A DNA stretch of 64,000 nt from Eledone cirrhosa. Its lineage: Eukaryota. The notes beneath the pieces were generated by a model. The model saw only the letters and a list, made by a program, of their open reading frames with translations. It did not search any database and was not told where the DNA came from. The stretch lies in assembly GCA_964016885.1 (NCBI GenBank), contig OZ024746.1:39494001-39558000 (forward strand), written 5' to 3'. Position numbers and translations under genes: made by a program. Position 1 is the first letter of the stretch; each line of letters opens with the position of its first letter. Of the stretch, positions 40,408 to 55,056 are shown in pieces.

Positions 40408-42199
40408 ATAATTAAATGTATTCAAATAGCCATATATGTACACACTAGTATACAGATAATTATGCGAGTAAGAGAAACCTATTGAAATTTAACTACTGTC
40501 AACTAGTTACTTCTTCTTGTCAATAAATGTACCAAATATGTTTATTCTTGTATAGACAATAGAAGCAACATTTCTTGATGAAGGCCATCTCAAGAATAGA
40601 AGCATTGTAAGGTACCCAATTTCTCGTCGCGTGTCACCGATATATATCTTTAGTTTTCTATGTGATTCATCTCTCAACTATATAATTCCGGGCTTTCATT
40701 ATTCTTGGTCTTTTGGCACAATTTCCTTCTAAATTTAAATTTGTATTTTACAATTGCTGTTGTGGTTTCTAGAATTGCTTAAGATCAAATTCGGGCTCAG
40801 GCACTACAAGCTAACCAGATTCACTTTAAACGTGCAGTTCGACTTTTGCATACAGCGGAAAACTTTACGCCTTCACAGTAACATAAAAGTTGACTTGTTT
40901 TAGACAGATAAAATCCTCCCAAGAATCTGAATAATGTAACGGAGAATCATTTCAGTGTTCGATCCTGTCCTAACGACCCATTTAGTTAATTATTGGTGAT
41001 GTAATTGCAGTCGAGATGATAAGACAATTGTTAGAAGGAATCAACTGCATCTTTCATTTTTTAGTAATCGATACATAGATATTGTAATAAAACAAGAACT
41101 AGTCAACCGATTGCACCTCTCATCTTACAGATAAATAACCGCTTTGTATTTGAGAAACAAAGCAATACTGTATCGATAATGTATTAATAGGTAATATGAT
41201 GTAAAAAGAATAATAATGAATGTGTCGTTAAAAATCAAGAACAACCAAATAAAACTAACGCTTAAACGAGATGTTAAACATTTATCATTTACATTCAGCT
41301 AACAAAGACTATATCATTCTAACATTTCTGTATATGTAATAGATTTTTCTCGTAAATACAAATAAAATATGTGTCTATGCCCATCAAAAGACAGGAAAAA
41401 ACACGGAATTACCTATATGTTTGAAATCTTGTGTGTCTGTATATTCAGCAAGAAATATATATATAAAAGAGAAAACGAATGAGACAGAAATCGAACTAGA
41501 TAGAAAACAACAAAAGTTTTGGCAGAAGAAAAGACAAAGAATGATATAAAGGAAATTTAAAGGCCACATTCATTATAGGTAAAAACGTAAAAACATAATA
41601 ACGAACATATAGGCAAAAATAAAAGTCTTCTTGAAGTAATAGCTTCTGGGATGACTAGAATTTGGTAGAATTGATTATAGTTATAAAGATGAAAATAAGA
41701 AAATTAATACATTTGAACCAGCAGACACAATAGACATTTACGTTTTAACAAATGAAAAAATAACGATATTTCTAAAGTGTTAATAAGATTAGTAATAGTA
41801 TAGTTCCGCTAGCAATACTAGATAATTAGAGATGTGATTGATATTTTATTTTCTTAGCAATTTATTTGACTAGCCGTGTATAAATATAGAATATAAAACA
41901 TGGAGCATAAAAGAAAAAAAGTATGATACACTATTACCAAAGAAGAGAATAAAAAGTTTTTAGGAATGGAATGAAGCGATTCGTTATTGAGAATGTGCTA
42001 ATCAGGCTAGTGAGACCACCGAAAAGGATCATAGCAAAAAACTATCATCCTTTTCAGGACGACCTGTAAAAGGAGCACTTTATGTAAAGTAATTTTTCAT
42101 TTTATTTACAAATTTTGAAATATTTCTTTAATGTTGCTATCATAAAAATGGTAGGTTTTTTTTTATAACAAACAGGTTTATTGATTTTCTCAACAGCAT

Positions 42200-42600
42200 C
42201 TTTTAATATATTTATTTTACATCTTTTGAATCTGGAAGAGTTGCATCTTTTGTACACAAAAGAATTCCAGACAATTGGTCCACGATAGGGGTAGCTGCAT
42301 GTATTAAATTTTATTATTGCATAACTATTACATTTGAATACTTCGTCGGATATCTGTGCATATTCTTTGTGAATTTTTCTTGAATATATTTTGGTGCAGA
42401 GTTGTGATAAACTTTGAACATTAGTTTCAAGTGAGCAGCCAAATTTATTTCATAAGTTTAGTAATTTATTATCAAGTGGGAGGCTCTGAGTGCCTTTAAT
42501 ATAATCCTTTCTGCACGTTTTTGTAAAATATGAATTTTACTTGATTTTATCTTCTTGAAACTACCACAAGGCAGTATATTAAAAATGGATTAACAAAAGA
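42200..42600 (-). mobile_element. Decayed L2/CR1-group LINE 3' fragment
   Basis: KIHILQKRAERII, LMFKVYHNSAPKYI, YRGPIVWNS. Confidence 0.65.
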
Positions 42601-42854
42601 AAAATATAACATTTTCATTGTTTTATTGAACAAAAGATTATTCCAATTTGTGTCTATAGTTTGGATTCTATTGCTTGAATTTTTAGTCAATAAGGATTCC
42701 CAGAAACTTTGTATATCGGCAGCTTCAGCTTCGAATCTGACGGATCCTATGGAAGTCTGTGCCTGAACTTTACGACTGATAACGGCACTGGGTGAAGCTG
42801 GTGAGTCGCATATCCGCCAACAAGCTGATGCTGTAGTATATCGTTTCTAATTGT

Positions 42855-43003
42855 TAGCCTAACAAGGCCAACAATTTTGGGGGAAGGGAAAGTCGATTAA
42901 ATCGACCCCAGTGCGTTACTGGTACTTTTGTTGACCCGTAAGGATGAAAGGCAGAGCTAACCTCGGCGGGATTTGAAATCAGAACGTAAAGTGGCGTAAC
43001 TTC
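42855..43003 (-). mobile_element. SINE family 1 copy
   Basis: Core and B box on the reverse strand. Confidence 0.8.
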
Positions 43004-43194
43004 ATGAATTTCACTGCTTGGCACAGGTTTGTATCTTGTGTATAATACGGTAGATCAATAATTATTTTCTCTGACAAGATTTATATCAACATTCGACAAC
43101 TATTTCTCTTGTGTTCAAGAAGACTTCTGTGTTTTTCCCCCCAAGGGTTCGTTAGTACTTTAATACTAAGTATAAATGATGTTTATTCGTTTTT

Positions 43195-43249
<55 letters not shown>

Positions 43250-43251
<2 letters not shown>

Positions 43252-45337
43252 TCCTTATTGTAGAGTTTTTTTCGGAATGTTTTTTTACTGTTGTTTCTTG
43301 TAAACAAACATTCGTCTCATTCTGACGTCACCAGCCCTGTCTTTCTTCATGTGCGTTTTATTTTTCATAATCACGCATGATGGTGAATTAGCCTGTTTTA
43401 AATTCCCTTTTTGGCATATTAATCTGTGAGAATCTTGGTTATCGAGTTGAGCTCTGCTAAGGATCGAATTCCAACCGTGACCATCTCCACTGAAAGTTTT
43501 CGTGAAATAGTCTTTAAGACTATACAGAGCTTTTGAAGTTTTTCAAAATTGAAGGTTGAGTATTTTAAACTTTATTTTATCATGAGTTAAGGCTCTATTG
43601 AATTTTCCCTGGATTTCAATAAATTCTGTGGATGAATCTATATCCTGATTAATCTGTGAGAATCTTGGTTATCGAGTTGAGCTCTGCTAAGGATCGAATT
43701 CCAACCGTGACCATCTCCACTGAAAGTTTTCGTGAAATAGTCTTTAAGAGCATTTGAAGTTTTTAGAGCATTTGAAGTTTACAGAGCATTTTTAGAGCAT
43801 TTGAAGTTTACAGAGCATTTGAAGTTTTTCCAAATTGAAGGATGAGTATTTTAAACTTTATTTTATCATGAGTTAAGGCTCTATTGATTTTTCCCTGGAT
43901 TTCACTAAATTCTGTGGATGAATCTATATCCTGATTCTCTTTGAGATGAGTTTGAATTATTTTTCCCACATCTTACGTTAACTATTTTTCCCATTTTGAC
44001 GCTATAGTCACTTATATATTATAGAATACTGTTGGCTTTTCGCTACAATGTTTTCTATACCTTTCATTTATATATTTATACTCGGATTTCTTTCCTAGAG
44101 TGCTTAAATTATTTGTGACTAATCCCGGTATTTTTTTAATAAAAAACCGCGATAATATAGCTTTTTGCTGAACTCCTTATTGTAGAGTTTTTTTTCGGAA
44201 TGTTTTTTGACTGTTGTTTCTTGTAAACAAACATTCGTCTCATTCTGACGTCACCAGCCCTATCTTTCCTCATGTGCGTTTTATTTTTCATAATCACGCA
44301 TGATGGTGAACTAGCCTGTTTTAAATTCCCTTTTTGGCATATTAATCTGTGAGAATCTTGGTTATCGAGTTGAGTTCTGCTGAGGATCGAATTCCAACCG
44401 TGACCATCTCCACTAAAAGTTTTCGTGAAATAGTCTTTAAGACTATACAGAGCTTTTGAAGTTTTTCAAAATTGAAGGTTGAGTATTTTAAACTTTATTT
44501 TATCATGAGTTAAGGCTCTATTGAATTTTCCCTGGATTTCAATAAATTCTGTGGATGAATCTATATCCTGATTCTCTTTGAGATGAGTTTGAATTATTTT
44601 TCCCACATCTTACGTTAACTATTTTTCCCATTTTGACGCTATAGTCAGTTATATATTATGGAATACTGTTGGCTTTTCGCTACAATGTTTTCTATACCTT
44701 TCATTTATATATTTATACTCGGATTTCTTTCCTAGAGTGCTTAAATTATTTGTGACTAATCCCGGTATTTTTTTAATAAAAAACCGCGATAATATTGCTT
44801 TTTGCTGAACTCCTTATTGTAGAGTTTTTTTCGGAATGTTTTTTGACTGTTGTTTCTTGTAAACAAACATTCGTCTCATTCTGACGTCACCAGCCCTGTC
44901 TTTCCTCATGTGCGTTTTATTTTTCATAATCACGCATGATGGTGAACTAGCCTGTTTTAAATTCCCTTTTTGGCATATTAATCTGTGAGAATCTTGGTTA
45001 TCGAGTTGAGCTCTGCTGAGGATCGAATTCCAACCGTGACCATCTCCACTGAAAGTTTTCGTGAAATAGTCTTTAAGACTATACAGAGCATTTGAAGTTT
45101 TTCCAAATTGAAGGATGAGTATTTTAAACTTTATTTTATCATGAGTTAAGGCTCTATTGATTTTTCCCTGGATTTCACTAAATTCTGTGGATGAATCTAT
45201 ATCCTGATTCTCTTTGAGATGAGCTTGAATTATTTTTCCCACATCTTACATTAACTATTTTCCTATTTTGACGCTATAGTCTCATATATATTATGGAATA
45301 CTGTTGGCTTTTCGCTACAATGTTTTCTATACCTTTC

Positions 45338-45345
<8 letters not shown>
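43250..45345 (-). repeat. 638-bp tandem repeat (about 3 units; first has an internal duplication) in (TA)n, carrying a possible GIY-YIG C-terminal remnant; PLE pLTR-like
   Basis: Units start at 43253, 44174, 44812; - strand peptides INERYRKH and FKILIL..LYSLKDYFTKTF..GHGWNS. Confidence 0.65.
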
Positions 45346-45376
<31 letters not shown>

Positions 45377-45468
45377 AAAAACGAATAAAGAATTACTCAT
45401 ACGTTATTCAATAGTATTAATTCTTCGATATTGAGTACTACTTTCTCTCAGCCGTCAACTACATACGG

Positions 45469-45578
<110 letters not shown>

Positions 45579-45590
45579 TTAAATAATTAT

Positions 45591-45631
<41 letters not shown>

Positions 45632-45634
<3 letters not shown>

Positions 45635-45850
45635 TGGCGGACTGGGTCTAAAAATATTGGTTGCCAGGAGATGAAGGGGGCCAACCTACATATAGAATGT
45701 TTTCATTTAATTTTTATAATGAATAAATAACATTTTCAAAAAATACATAAGTGGAAACGAAACAGTGCAAACAAATTTTTGCGGAAAAATATCTTACCTA
45801 CTCCCGTAAAAAATATGTATTTTGCGAAATCCAGAGACTTTCACACTCAC
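45632..45850. mobile_element. Probable hAT-type DNA transposon end
   Basis: Begins CAGTGGCGGACTGGG after (TA)n; partner end not found. Confidence 0.4.
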
Positions 45851-46502
45851 TCAATATATATATATATAGTTAAATTAATTCAACAGTTAAACACACATAG
45901 GAATAATTGGTTGTTACCAAAGAGCCAGAAGATTGCCAAGTCGACCGTAAATATGACTAATAGCTCTAGGAAAGCCATGAATGAAATCACATCTTTTTAA
46001 CTATGATTTTGAAAGTAGGTTTATATTTATTAATTTCCATTAGGCTTTTGTATCTGTCTCGGCGGCCTAGGTGGAGGAATCATAGCCGGTGGTGATCTTG
46101 TCTGAAGTTCAATCCTAGTCGGAGTAGGGTTCCCAGTAAACCTTTTCAGTTTTTTTTATTGGTTGGAAAATAAAAACTGAAAAAAAATTACATGTACCTC
46201 TTGACCAGGATTGAACCCAATGTTAGGATCTTCACCGTCTCTAGTACCTACCTCTAGGTCACAGAGACAACTACGAATATCTTGTGAAAATTCATACTTA
46301 TAAACCTACTTTCAAAATTTTCAAAACAAAGTGTTGTGGTGTCGTTCATGTCTTTCTTAATGTTATTGCTACTACTTAAAGTCGACTTCTAAATCATTTG
46401 GGTGTTCCATAAACTACATCCTCGTTTTGTTTCTCATCTATCTAGACAACATTTTAACCTGTAATCAATGTTTCATTTCTGTTGCTCCTCATTTCTCCCC
46501 TC

Positions 46503-46506
<4 letters not shown>

Positions 46507-46574
<68 letters not shown>

Positions 46575-46596
46575 TTCTCCCCCCCTCTCTCTCTCC

Positions 46597-46663
<67 letters not shown>

Positions 46664-46670
46664 TCTCTCT
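46507..46670. repeat. (CT)n microsatellite
   Basis: Direct reading. Confidence 0.95.
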
Positions 46671-47199
46671 GATTTGGGCTTACTTTATTTATATATATAT
46701 GTTTTTGAATGTCAGATTCAAACTTACAGTGATTAGTATTATATATATATATATATATAAGAATCCAATATTATTATTCTTTTTAAGCTGTTGCCCCATT
46801 AATCTGAAGAAATGTACTTCTTTGTACAGTTAATCCGCATTGCAACTGACAGAACAGTTACTTTAAAATTTTATATTTCACATTCTCTATTAAATTTTAA
46901 CATTTTAAATAATTGTACATATCAGCGTTAACGCAACTCATCCACCCAATAGACTGTTTGTGTTGCTTCAACGCTGATCTCTTCAATTAGTAGTATTAAT
47001 ATTATCTACCTTTGAACTGTTGGTGTTTCCAAATTGAACTTTACTATCAATATTTATTTAGGTTAACTACTAAGATATCTTATTCTAAATTAAATAACAG
47101 CTTCGCAATACAAACATCGTAAACTTGAATTTAAAATCAAGTAGCTTTCCTACACATTATTACCATTCGGTCAGGTCAATGACCATCCTCATTACTGCT

Positions 47200-47555
47200 G
47201 GGAAAAAAGTGACACTTATAGGTCCCAGATCCTTGTCTGACCATTACCCGGAAGCTGGCTACCCAGTCGCAGCTTCATCACAAGGATGAAGCCGTCGGCA
47301 ATTTGGAAGGTTATCACCGAGCTGACTAAGGAGTCCAATCTACTCCGGTTTTGAAATCAGAACGATCCTTCTCCTAGCCAGATTGCAACCAAGGCTAACG
47401 AAATCTGTCTACCTGCCTTTTACACACTATTGGATAGCCGTTGACTCTCTTGAATTCCTCTGCCCTATGGTGGTTTCTTTTGGTTTCTTTTTCTTCATCC
47501 CATAGAGTGTTCATAGGTCACCTTTCTCACTTGGTGGGGTTGCCGATCATGTGAC
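47200..47555 (-). mobile_element. Diverged RTE 5'-UTR-like remnant
   Basis: Shares GGCAACCCCACCAAG, AGAGTCAA.GGC.ATCCA, TTAGCCTT and CTAGGAGAAGGA blocks with 30964-31220. Confidence 0.55.
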
Positions 47556-48564
47556 AGGTTTATTGGGTTACATGTTACATGTTACAAGCAACGCTCGAAA
47601 GCGACCATCTAACCGCCTTTAAAACTAAAAGAGTTAATTATATTTTACAAGACTAAAACCCCGTATTCATAAGTTTTAAAATCACACAGCAATGTTATTT
47701 TGGTAAATAGGCTTTAGTTACCCGTCCTCCCAACCCTGTTTAATATTAACCACTACAATAGACAAAATTTAAAATCGTGTCTTGTTATTTATTCACCGTG
47801 ATATTCTAAACATTAGAAAAATATATTATCATCTCCCCGTTATTTTCCCCATCTCTGACTAATTCATCAATACCACCAAACTCGGGCCTTTTTCTATTGT
47901 ATTTGCGGTTGTTCACGTGTGTCTTTCACATGAGACTTTCTCACTATGGCTTCACCTTAGATATTTTTGTAATTCATTAGACAATGGGAAAGTCATTTTA
48001 GTCACTTAAAATGACAAAAACCTTTAACTTTATTTTATATTTCTTATTTATTTCTCGGTGTCAAGATTTTTATTACACTGTCTACAACCCGATCATTCCA
48101 GATTAGTATTTTCATGATATATGAGACTTATATTCTTGTGCGCTGCAATTCGTAGCAAGAATCTGTTGCCAAAGACTACTTTATACATACCGAGACTGTT
48201 CTACATGTCTATTATGCTATTTAAATACACATATATATGTATTTATCTGCTCATGATGTTCGGTCAACAAATAGTTTACAGTGAGTAGATCAAAGGAAGG
48301 ATAATACATTATTTCTATTTGAATCAACATGTCAACATATGTTTATTTATTCATTTATGATTAATGAACATCAAATATCAGTTTCGCAACATACTTGATT
48401 TCGTTTATTTTGGTTGGTTAGTTGGTTGGTTTTCCTGTTATTAATCGGTTTCATTTTGGTTCATTATTAGTTTATTATATAACATTAATTATTGTTAATA
48501 ATGTATAATTAATGCAATGAAAATAATTAGCATATATGATGTAACTAATCTGTTAGTCTTTCTG

Positions 48565-48702
48565 CGAATTGGCAGAGTAGTTTGGGTGTTTAGGTGCGGG
48601 TTATGGATAGGAAAAACTTATATCTATTTCCGGTGTTTGCACTCTAAGTTAAAATTTCGACGAAATCAACTTTGCCTTTCATCCTTTCGAGATCGATAAA
48701 TA
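48565..48702 (+). mobile_element. Diverged SINE family 1 copy
   Basis: GCGAATTGGCAG head; CAACTTTGCCTTTCATCCTTTCG core. Confidence 0.6.
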
Positions 48703-48809
48703 AAGAATCAATAAAGGGCGGTAGATTGGTGGAATGGTTTGAGTGCCATACTGGATACCTTTCAGTATATGTTTGTTTCGACATCAATAGCAACGCCTGC
48801 GTCGGCACT

Positions 48810-48897
<88 letters not shown>

Positions 48898-48904
48898 TGT
48901 GTGT

Positions 48905-48974
<70 letters not shown>

Positions 48975-49019
48975 CTGTGTGTCTGTGTGTGTGTCTGTGT
49001 GTGTATGTACGTATGTATG

Positions 49020-49061
<42 letters not shown>

Positions 49062-49064
<3 letters not shown>

Positions 49065-49990
49065 TAGCAGTGGTACCCGGGATAAGGTATTTTGGAAGGC
49101 GGGCCGCCAACAGACCTAATCGTGGAAAAATTGCATGCCTGTACAATATGTAAAGAAAATAAACCGAATGCTCTGATGGCTGGATAATCTTTCAGATTTT
49201 CCTCCATGAAGCAGGAAAAATGCAGGTTTTCACCTAATGCGCGACCTAGGGGATCAAGAAAATGAATTTTTTTTATGTGTTAATATGCCTTGAAGTTTCG
49301 GGAAAATCGGCTAGGCGTAACGCCACAAAAAAGCCCTAAAAAGCTGAAAAAATGAAGTTTTTCACCTAATGCCATAAAAAAAACTTGGATTTTCTTTGCT
49401 CACGGTATGAAGAAGAGACTGACTAATACATAATTACAATTTCAAGGAAATCGGTCTGACGTAACGCCTCAAAAAAACCCCTAAAAAGCTTAAAAAACGC
49501 AGTTTTTCACCTAATACGGGCCCTAGGAGATCAACAAGTTGAATAGAGAGAGATCGCTAAATCGCCTAATGCGGTCCCTAGGGCATTGCAAATTTGCTCA
49601 GAACACTCCCTGAAACATAAGTAATACACATGTAAAGTTTGAAAAAAATCGGTTGGGTACTTCTCGAGTTTTAGGGATTCAAACTCACAGACACACACAG
49701 ACAGACATCCTTAGGGAAGAGGCGTAATGCAGACAGCCAGACATATATTATAAGGGCGCGACGTTATATGTATGTATCTATCTAAAAAGAGAATGACTAA
49801 GAATTATAGAGAGAGATCGCTAAATCGCCTAATGTGGTCCATAGGGCATTGAAAATTTGAAATTTCTTTGGCTCAGAACACTCCCTTAAACAAGTATTAC
49901 ATGTGTAAAGTTTGAAAACAGTCAGTTGGGTGGTTCTCGAGTTTTAGGGATTCAAACTCACACACACAGAGACAGACATCCTCAGTTTTA
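49062..49990 (+). mobile_element. Non-autonomous Helitron-like element with internal subrepeats
   Basis: Starts TACTAGCAGTGGTACCCGG in (TA)n; ends ACAGACATCC..TTTTATATATA; 3' segment duplicated (about 49545-49710 and 49807-49981). Confidence 0.55.
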
Positions 49991-50113
49991 TATATATATA
50001 TAAAGTGATGATTCAGTATGAATTACTGGTGGTGATGTCAATATGAGCATACGATGCACAGGCAGAGTTTATATAATAGTAAGAAAAACAACAATAAAGC
50101 TTCGTTTACATGT

Positions 50114-50268
50114 TTTTATTGATTATTGACCTGTTACATACGTTTCACAGTTGATTGGCTCAAGGTCACCTATGGGAGCTATCAGCCCAACTCCAGCATC
50201 GATTTGCTCAACAGATTGATGATTCAATCATCTGTGAAACATACGTAATTGGTCGATAATCAATAAAA
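50114..50268. repeat. Imperfect palindrome mirroring a hammerhead 3' half
   Basis: GTTTCACAG.TGATTG ... CAATCA.CTGTGAAAC-ATAC-GTA. Confidence 0.6.
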
Positions 50269-50300
50269 TTTGATCGTTTTCTTTTCATAGTATATATATA

Positions 50301-50361
<61 letters not shown>

Positions 50362-50384
50362 TATATATATAAATATATATATAA

Positions 50385-50448
<64 letters not shown>

Positions 50449-50456
<8 letters not shown>

Positions 50457-50592
50457 AATCAACAAAGAAGCCTTTAATACATTAAAAATCTTTATTTGCT
50501 GACAATGTTTCGTCCCTAATTACTGGGACGAAACATTGTCAGCAAATAAAGATTTTTAATGTATTAAAGGCTTCTTTGTTGATTTATATAAT
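50449..50592. repeat. Perfect palindrome (68-bp arms, 8-nt spacer) centred on a hammerhead stem II
   Basis: GTTTC-GTCCC-taattact-GGGAC-GAAAC-ATT-GTC. Confidence 0.9.
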
Positions 50593-50716
50593 TTTTCGGC
50601 TCTGTTTGATAACATTGATCTATCTCTTATACTGCCATTTCTCTAATACGACGAGTGTGTTTGACTCTAATGCACTCAAGTATTTTTATCTTATATATAA
50701 TATATATATATATTTA

Positions 50717-50892
50717 TGATGTAATCTGAGTTTTTCGAATATTAATAATAACATTCGATTCGTTTGCAATTATACAAACAAGCCTCAATTTTATAGCCAT
50801 GTCAGTAGAATGAACCCTTCATTCTTGCTCTTGTGTGGGCATGTGAACAGAACCGCAGACACTAATGTTTCTGGGTATCACCCTTCATCAGC
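50717..50892 (-). mobile_element. Second copy of the 7.4-kb HHR family, truncated just 5' of the core
   Basis: CTGATGAAGGGTGATACCCAGAAACATTAGTGTCTGC identical to the 7399-7435 segment; 5' strand of stem I replaced. Confidence 0.8.
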
Positions 50893-50932
50893 CATGTAGA
50901 GCGAACATTTTCTTTTATATATATATATATAT

Positions 50933-51075
50933 AACGAAGGAAATGTGGTAAGGAACCAGATTGAGATGGACCATAACGCACCAAAGTACTCAATACTTAG
51001 GGTAGTAATACTTAGTCCAGAATTAGCCGTCGAAACGGCTTGAGCTCAGCCGTCGGGTGTCCTACTTGTTCCTAT
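50933..51075. mobile_element. Family A copy with internal deletion
   Basis: Matches 6091-6250. Confidence 0.8.
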
Positions 51076-51092
51076 ATATATATATATATATA

Positions 51093-51272
51093 GCGGCGAT
51101 GAATTAGTTTTGCGAGGTTTTTTATATGAAATCGTGTGTCGAAACAGATATTGTTATACTTGGGGAGGGTCATATTTGCGTAATATTGCCAGAATTAATA
51201 ACAGAACACACTCACTGTTGTGTTCTGTTATTAATTCTGGCAATATTACGCAAATATGACCCTCCCCAAGTA

Positions 51273-51276
<4 letters not shown>
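51093..51276. mobile_element. (TA)n-flanked element with perfect palindrome 51153-51276, related to the end of the 11.1-kb element
   Basis: 58-bp arms, 8-nt spacer; shared TGAAATCGTGTGT.GAAAC.GATATTGTTATACTT.GGGAGGGTCAT. Confidence 0.8.
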
Positions 51277-51313
<37 letters not shown>

Positions 51314-52764
51314 CGGTAAATAATTAAGAGATCAATCATCTTCGCCTTGATACGACGTCGGTCTACCGCAACTAACATTGTTAGAAAAAACTGATAAGTT
51401 GTTTTGTAGCTCCATGTCAATAGTCCTATGTCATACAGTGCAACTTATTTCTGATAAATAACTAAAACAAGGCGTGTAGGATTAAATCGTCTGTTCAAAT
51501 GTGCAATATGTCTGAAGATTTAGATTATGAGAGTTTACGCTCTCGCTGTTGTTGTTGTTGTTGTGGTGATTGTTGTTTCACTTCAGTTCCGTCCTAATGA
51601 AAAACATCTGTGGCTATCGTATTAATGTATCTCGTACTATATTAACTAATGTATCCTTCCATTTTTAAGACAGTAATTTGACGAGGTATTTAGTTACGAT
51701 TTCTAGCAGATCGAGTGACCACATAGAAGCTCCTGTTTCGGTTCTAGGAATCAATATATGTTGATTTCGCATTCAACATTTGTCGTAAAATTCGTACAAT
51801 CTCTGGGAGCATAATATATAGTGTTTCCACAAACAACACACACTTATTTGTTCAATTTTGTTTACCATAATCTTAAGAAAAGGCATGGCTGTCACTTGGA
51901 GTGTTTTGTTTAACGCATGTGCAGCAGTTGATCTCCATCATAACCGTCCAAGTTGTACAACAATCGTTCGCAAAAATAAATAATATACATGTAAATACCA
52001 TTTTAAATTAACATCTTGTGGCATGAATTACACACAAATTTGATGTTCGAATCAATTTATGTAACTATATTTCTAATTATTATCCTTGGAACTGAGAAAG
52101 AAAACTAGAAAAATGGATAAATCAGCGAGAAAATAAAATAAGCATGAATAGGAAAACAATAAACCTTGATACATTACGACATAAACACACTAGAGAGTGA
52201 GTGTGTAAGTGTGCATGGTGTGTGTGTGGGGGGGGGGGGGTTTCACAGAAGGGAAGAGAAAAAAAATTGGCGTATGCACGGTGAAAATAACAGCCTAAAA
52301 ATTATATATCCAGCGGTCACAAACGACAAAGGGGAGATTAAAAAACGTAGTCATTACTATTAAAAAACGCAGGTTACATTCCACTATTACAAACCAGGGT
52401 TCCTTTCCTCATAAATGGATCAGGCTTGAACGAAGGGATAGTAACCCCTTTATATAGGAAAACAGATATGCTACTCAAACAATCCAAGTTCGACACCGAA
52501 TGGATTTAAGAAGATACTGATTGTGTTCTTTAGAAACATACAAAATGCAGTGTGTTACATTAGAGCTGACCTGAGGATAGGCAATAACAAAAGCCTGTAT
52601 GTGGTAGGTAAATCTGCTAGAAATAGCAGCCTTAAATAATTCTACAATCTTCAAAACGGAAAGATGCATTTATATTTTGATTTCATGGGTTTCAATAGAT
52701 AATTCCGTCTCGCCAATGTATCACTTTCGGTTTTATTAACGCACATACTCTGCACTAGATAAAA

Positions 52765-52877
<113 letters not shown>

Positions 52878-53159
52878 GTACGACTGATAGTGAGGAATGA
52901 AAGAAAACAACCGTTTTGTTATCGCTTTATTTACACATCACTACTACAAGAGATACCAGACAAGTCTCATTTAAATCACACATCCAATGGGCTTTGAAAG
53001 GAAGATTTTGATTCAAGAAATGAGAGAGCGGGGTGTAACTAATAAGCAACTTCGACGGATCTGGTGCGTGTTGTTCATGATGAAAGATAATGAGATATCA
53101 ATCTTCTTTATTGTCTGGGGATTACGTTATTGTGTCGTTGAAAGATGCAAATGTTATCA

Positions 53160-53580
53160 TGTCTTCTTCTTCTTCACCCACTTATTTCTGAGAAAGCCGT
53201 GGGGGAAGAGTCCTTAAACACTCCTTCCAGGGGGTCCTGTCAGAAGCAACCGTCTCCAACTGATCCAGCTGGATCCCCAAGCGAGACCAGCCAAGATCAT
53301 GGATGTTATCCAACCATTTTGCTCGGGGTCTACTCCTGGGTCTCTTGCCTGTTGGTTTTGCCCGTAAAATCTGTCCAGCGATTCTTTCCTGAGACATTCT
53401 AACCACATTCCCATAGTATCGCAGCTGTGATCTCAATTCGGAGAAGAAGCGGCTCTACCTGGAGTGACTCTCATCTCCGAGTTACGCACTCTATCGAGTA
53501 ACGTTACTCCAGAGACCCTTCCAAGGAATCCCATTTCGGCCGCTTGTATTCACGATCGTATTCTTTTGGTCATTACCCAT
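53160..53580 (-). mobile_element. RTE-clade LINE 3' fragment
   Basis: RSQLRYYGNVVRMSQERIAGQILRAKPTGKRPRSRPRAKWLD; (GAA)-type tail. Confidence 0.85.
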
Positions 53581-54296
53581 GTCTGCATTGGAAAATGTTC
53601 TTGAAGATATTATTCAATAAGGTACAGCATATTTGAGGTTGTGTATTGATAAAGTCTGTGTGGAAAATTATGAAATGCTAATGTGTGATATCATATGTAT
53701 AGGAATGTGCATTGTTAAATGTGACATAGATACCTGTGTTATACAAGAGTTGATCAAATTGAGTCAAATAGAGTCCCTTTGACAAACACCATGGTGCGAT
53801 CTAAGAAATATGAAACGGATACAAACCAGAGGCGGGTAACGAAGCTAAGTGGTCCTCATGCTAGACCTGGTTAAAGGGCTTGATGCTGCTACCACCAAAA
53901 TATTTGAAGTAAATTATCGTTTATTTATATTTGATAAATGTAGCAACCACCACAAATAAATGGCTGTTAAATATACGGAGTGAGAACTGGAAGTTATTCA
54001 ATTACCTCAACGAGAATGGTAATGGTGCTGTTCGAATTGAAATGTTTATATCAGAAAGTATTTCAAATAGTAGTAACATCTTTCTGATTGAGTAATATGG
54101 ATGATGGCGAGGGAGACAGAGAAATATCGCTAAGTAGAAACACTTGATATCTGTAGCTGCATTCTTCAAGAAAGCCAAATAGCAATGTATATCTATAAGG
54201 GATAGCCAATATATGAACATAAATCAGTGGAGCATAAGATGAATTTTGTACATCATAGATGATGGAAATGTACACGCTCAGATGACAGATTACAGA

Positions 54297-54327
<31 letters not shown>

Positions 54328-54799
54328 AGTGTGTGTGGATGGAGGCAATGAGAATGTATATATATATATATATATATACGTATGGAGGCAATGAGTATGT
54401 AATGGAAGGCTACATCGGGCCAGCGAGCCGTTACTTACATTTTACATACATGAATACTCGTGAAGGAATAAATCAATAAAATAACAAACAACAGCTTAGT
54501 AACAACTGTAGAAGGTTACATAGACAAAGAGCTGCCGCCAAAATGGCAGCCATCTTTACGCGATAGCTAAATGAATAAAATTTTAAAAGTTGCTTTTAAG
54601 AAAACATTTCCCCTTCACTGATTAATAGTCATGATGTATAATTTGCTTCTACTACATTGGAATGTTTTTCTTAACTTTCGTTTGGCATTTTCTCAATTTA
54701 GCACATCAAACTTCATGATATTGTTGTTAGTATATTTTAGATATATACGAGAGCAAGGTGTGAAGTAATTGCTTAGTGAAGTTATATGAGTGATGAAGG

Positions 54800-55056
54800 T
54801 ATGTGTGTATATATGTACGTATGTATGTATGTATGTATGTATGTATGTATGTATGTATGTATGTATGTATGTATGTATGTATGTATGTATGTATGTATGT
54901 ATGTATGTATGTATGTGTGTACGTACATATGTATGTTTGTACGTACGTTCGTATGTATGTATATATGTATGTACGTATGTATGTACGTTCGTATGTATGC
55001 ATGCATGTGTGTATGTACGTACGTTTACACACACACACACACACGCACACACACAC
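54800..55056. repeat. (ATGT)n microsatellite grading into (CA)n
   Basis: Direct reading. Confidence 0.95.

Noticed and set aside
44860-44900. CTGGTGA-CGTC..GACG-AA on the - strand in the 638-bp unit
   Set aside because: Core deviates at conserved positions and no stem I forms.
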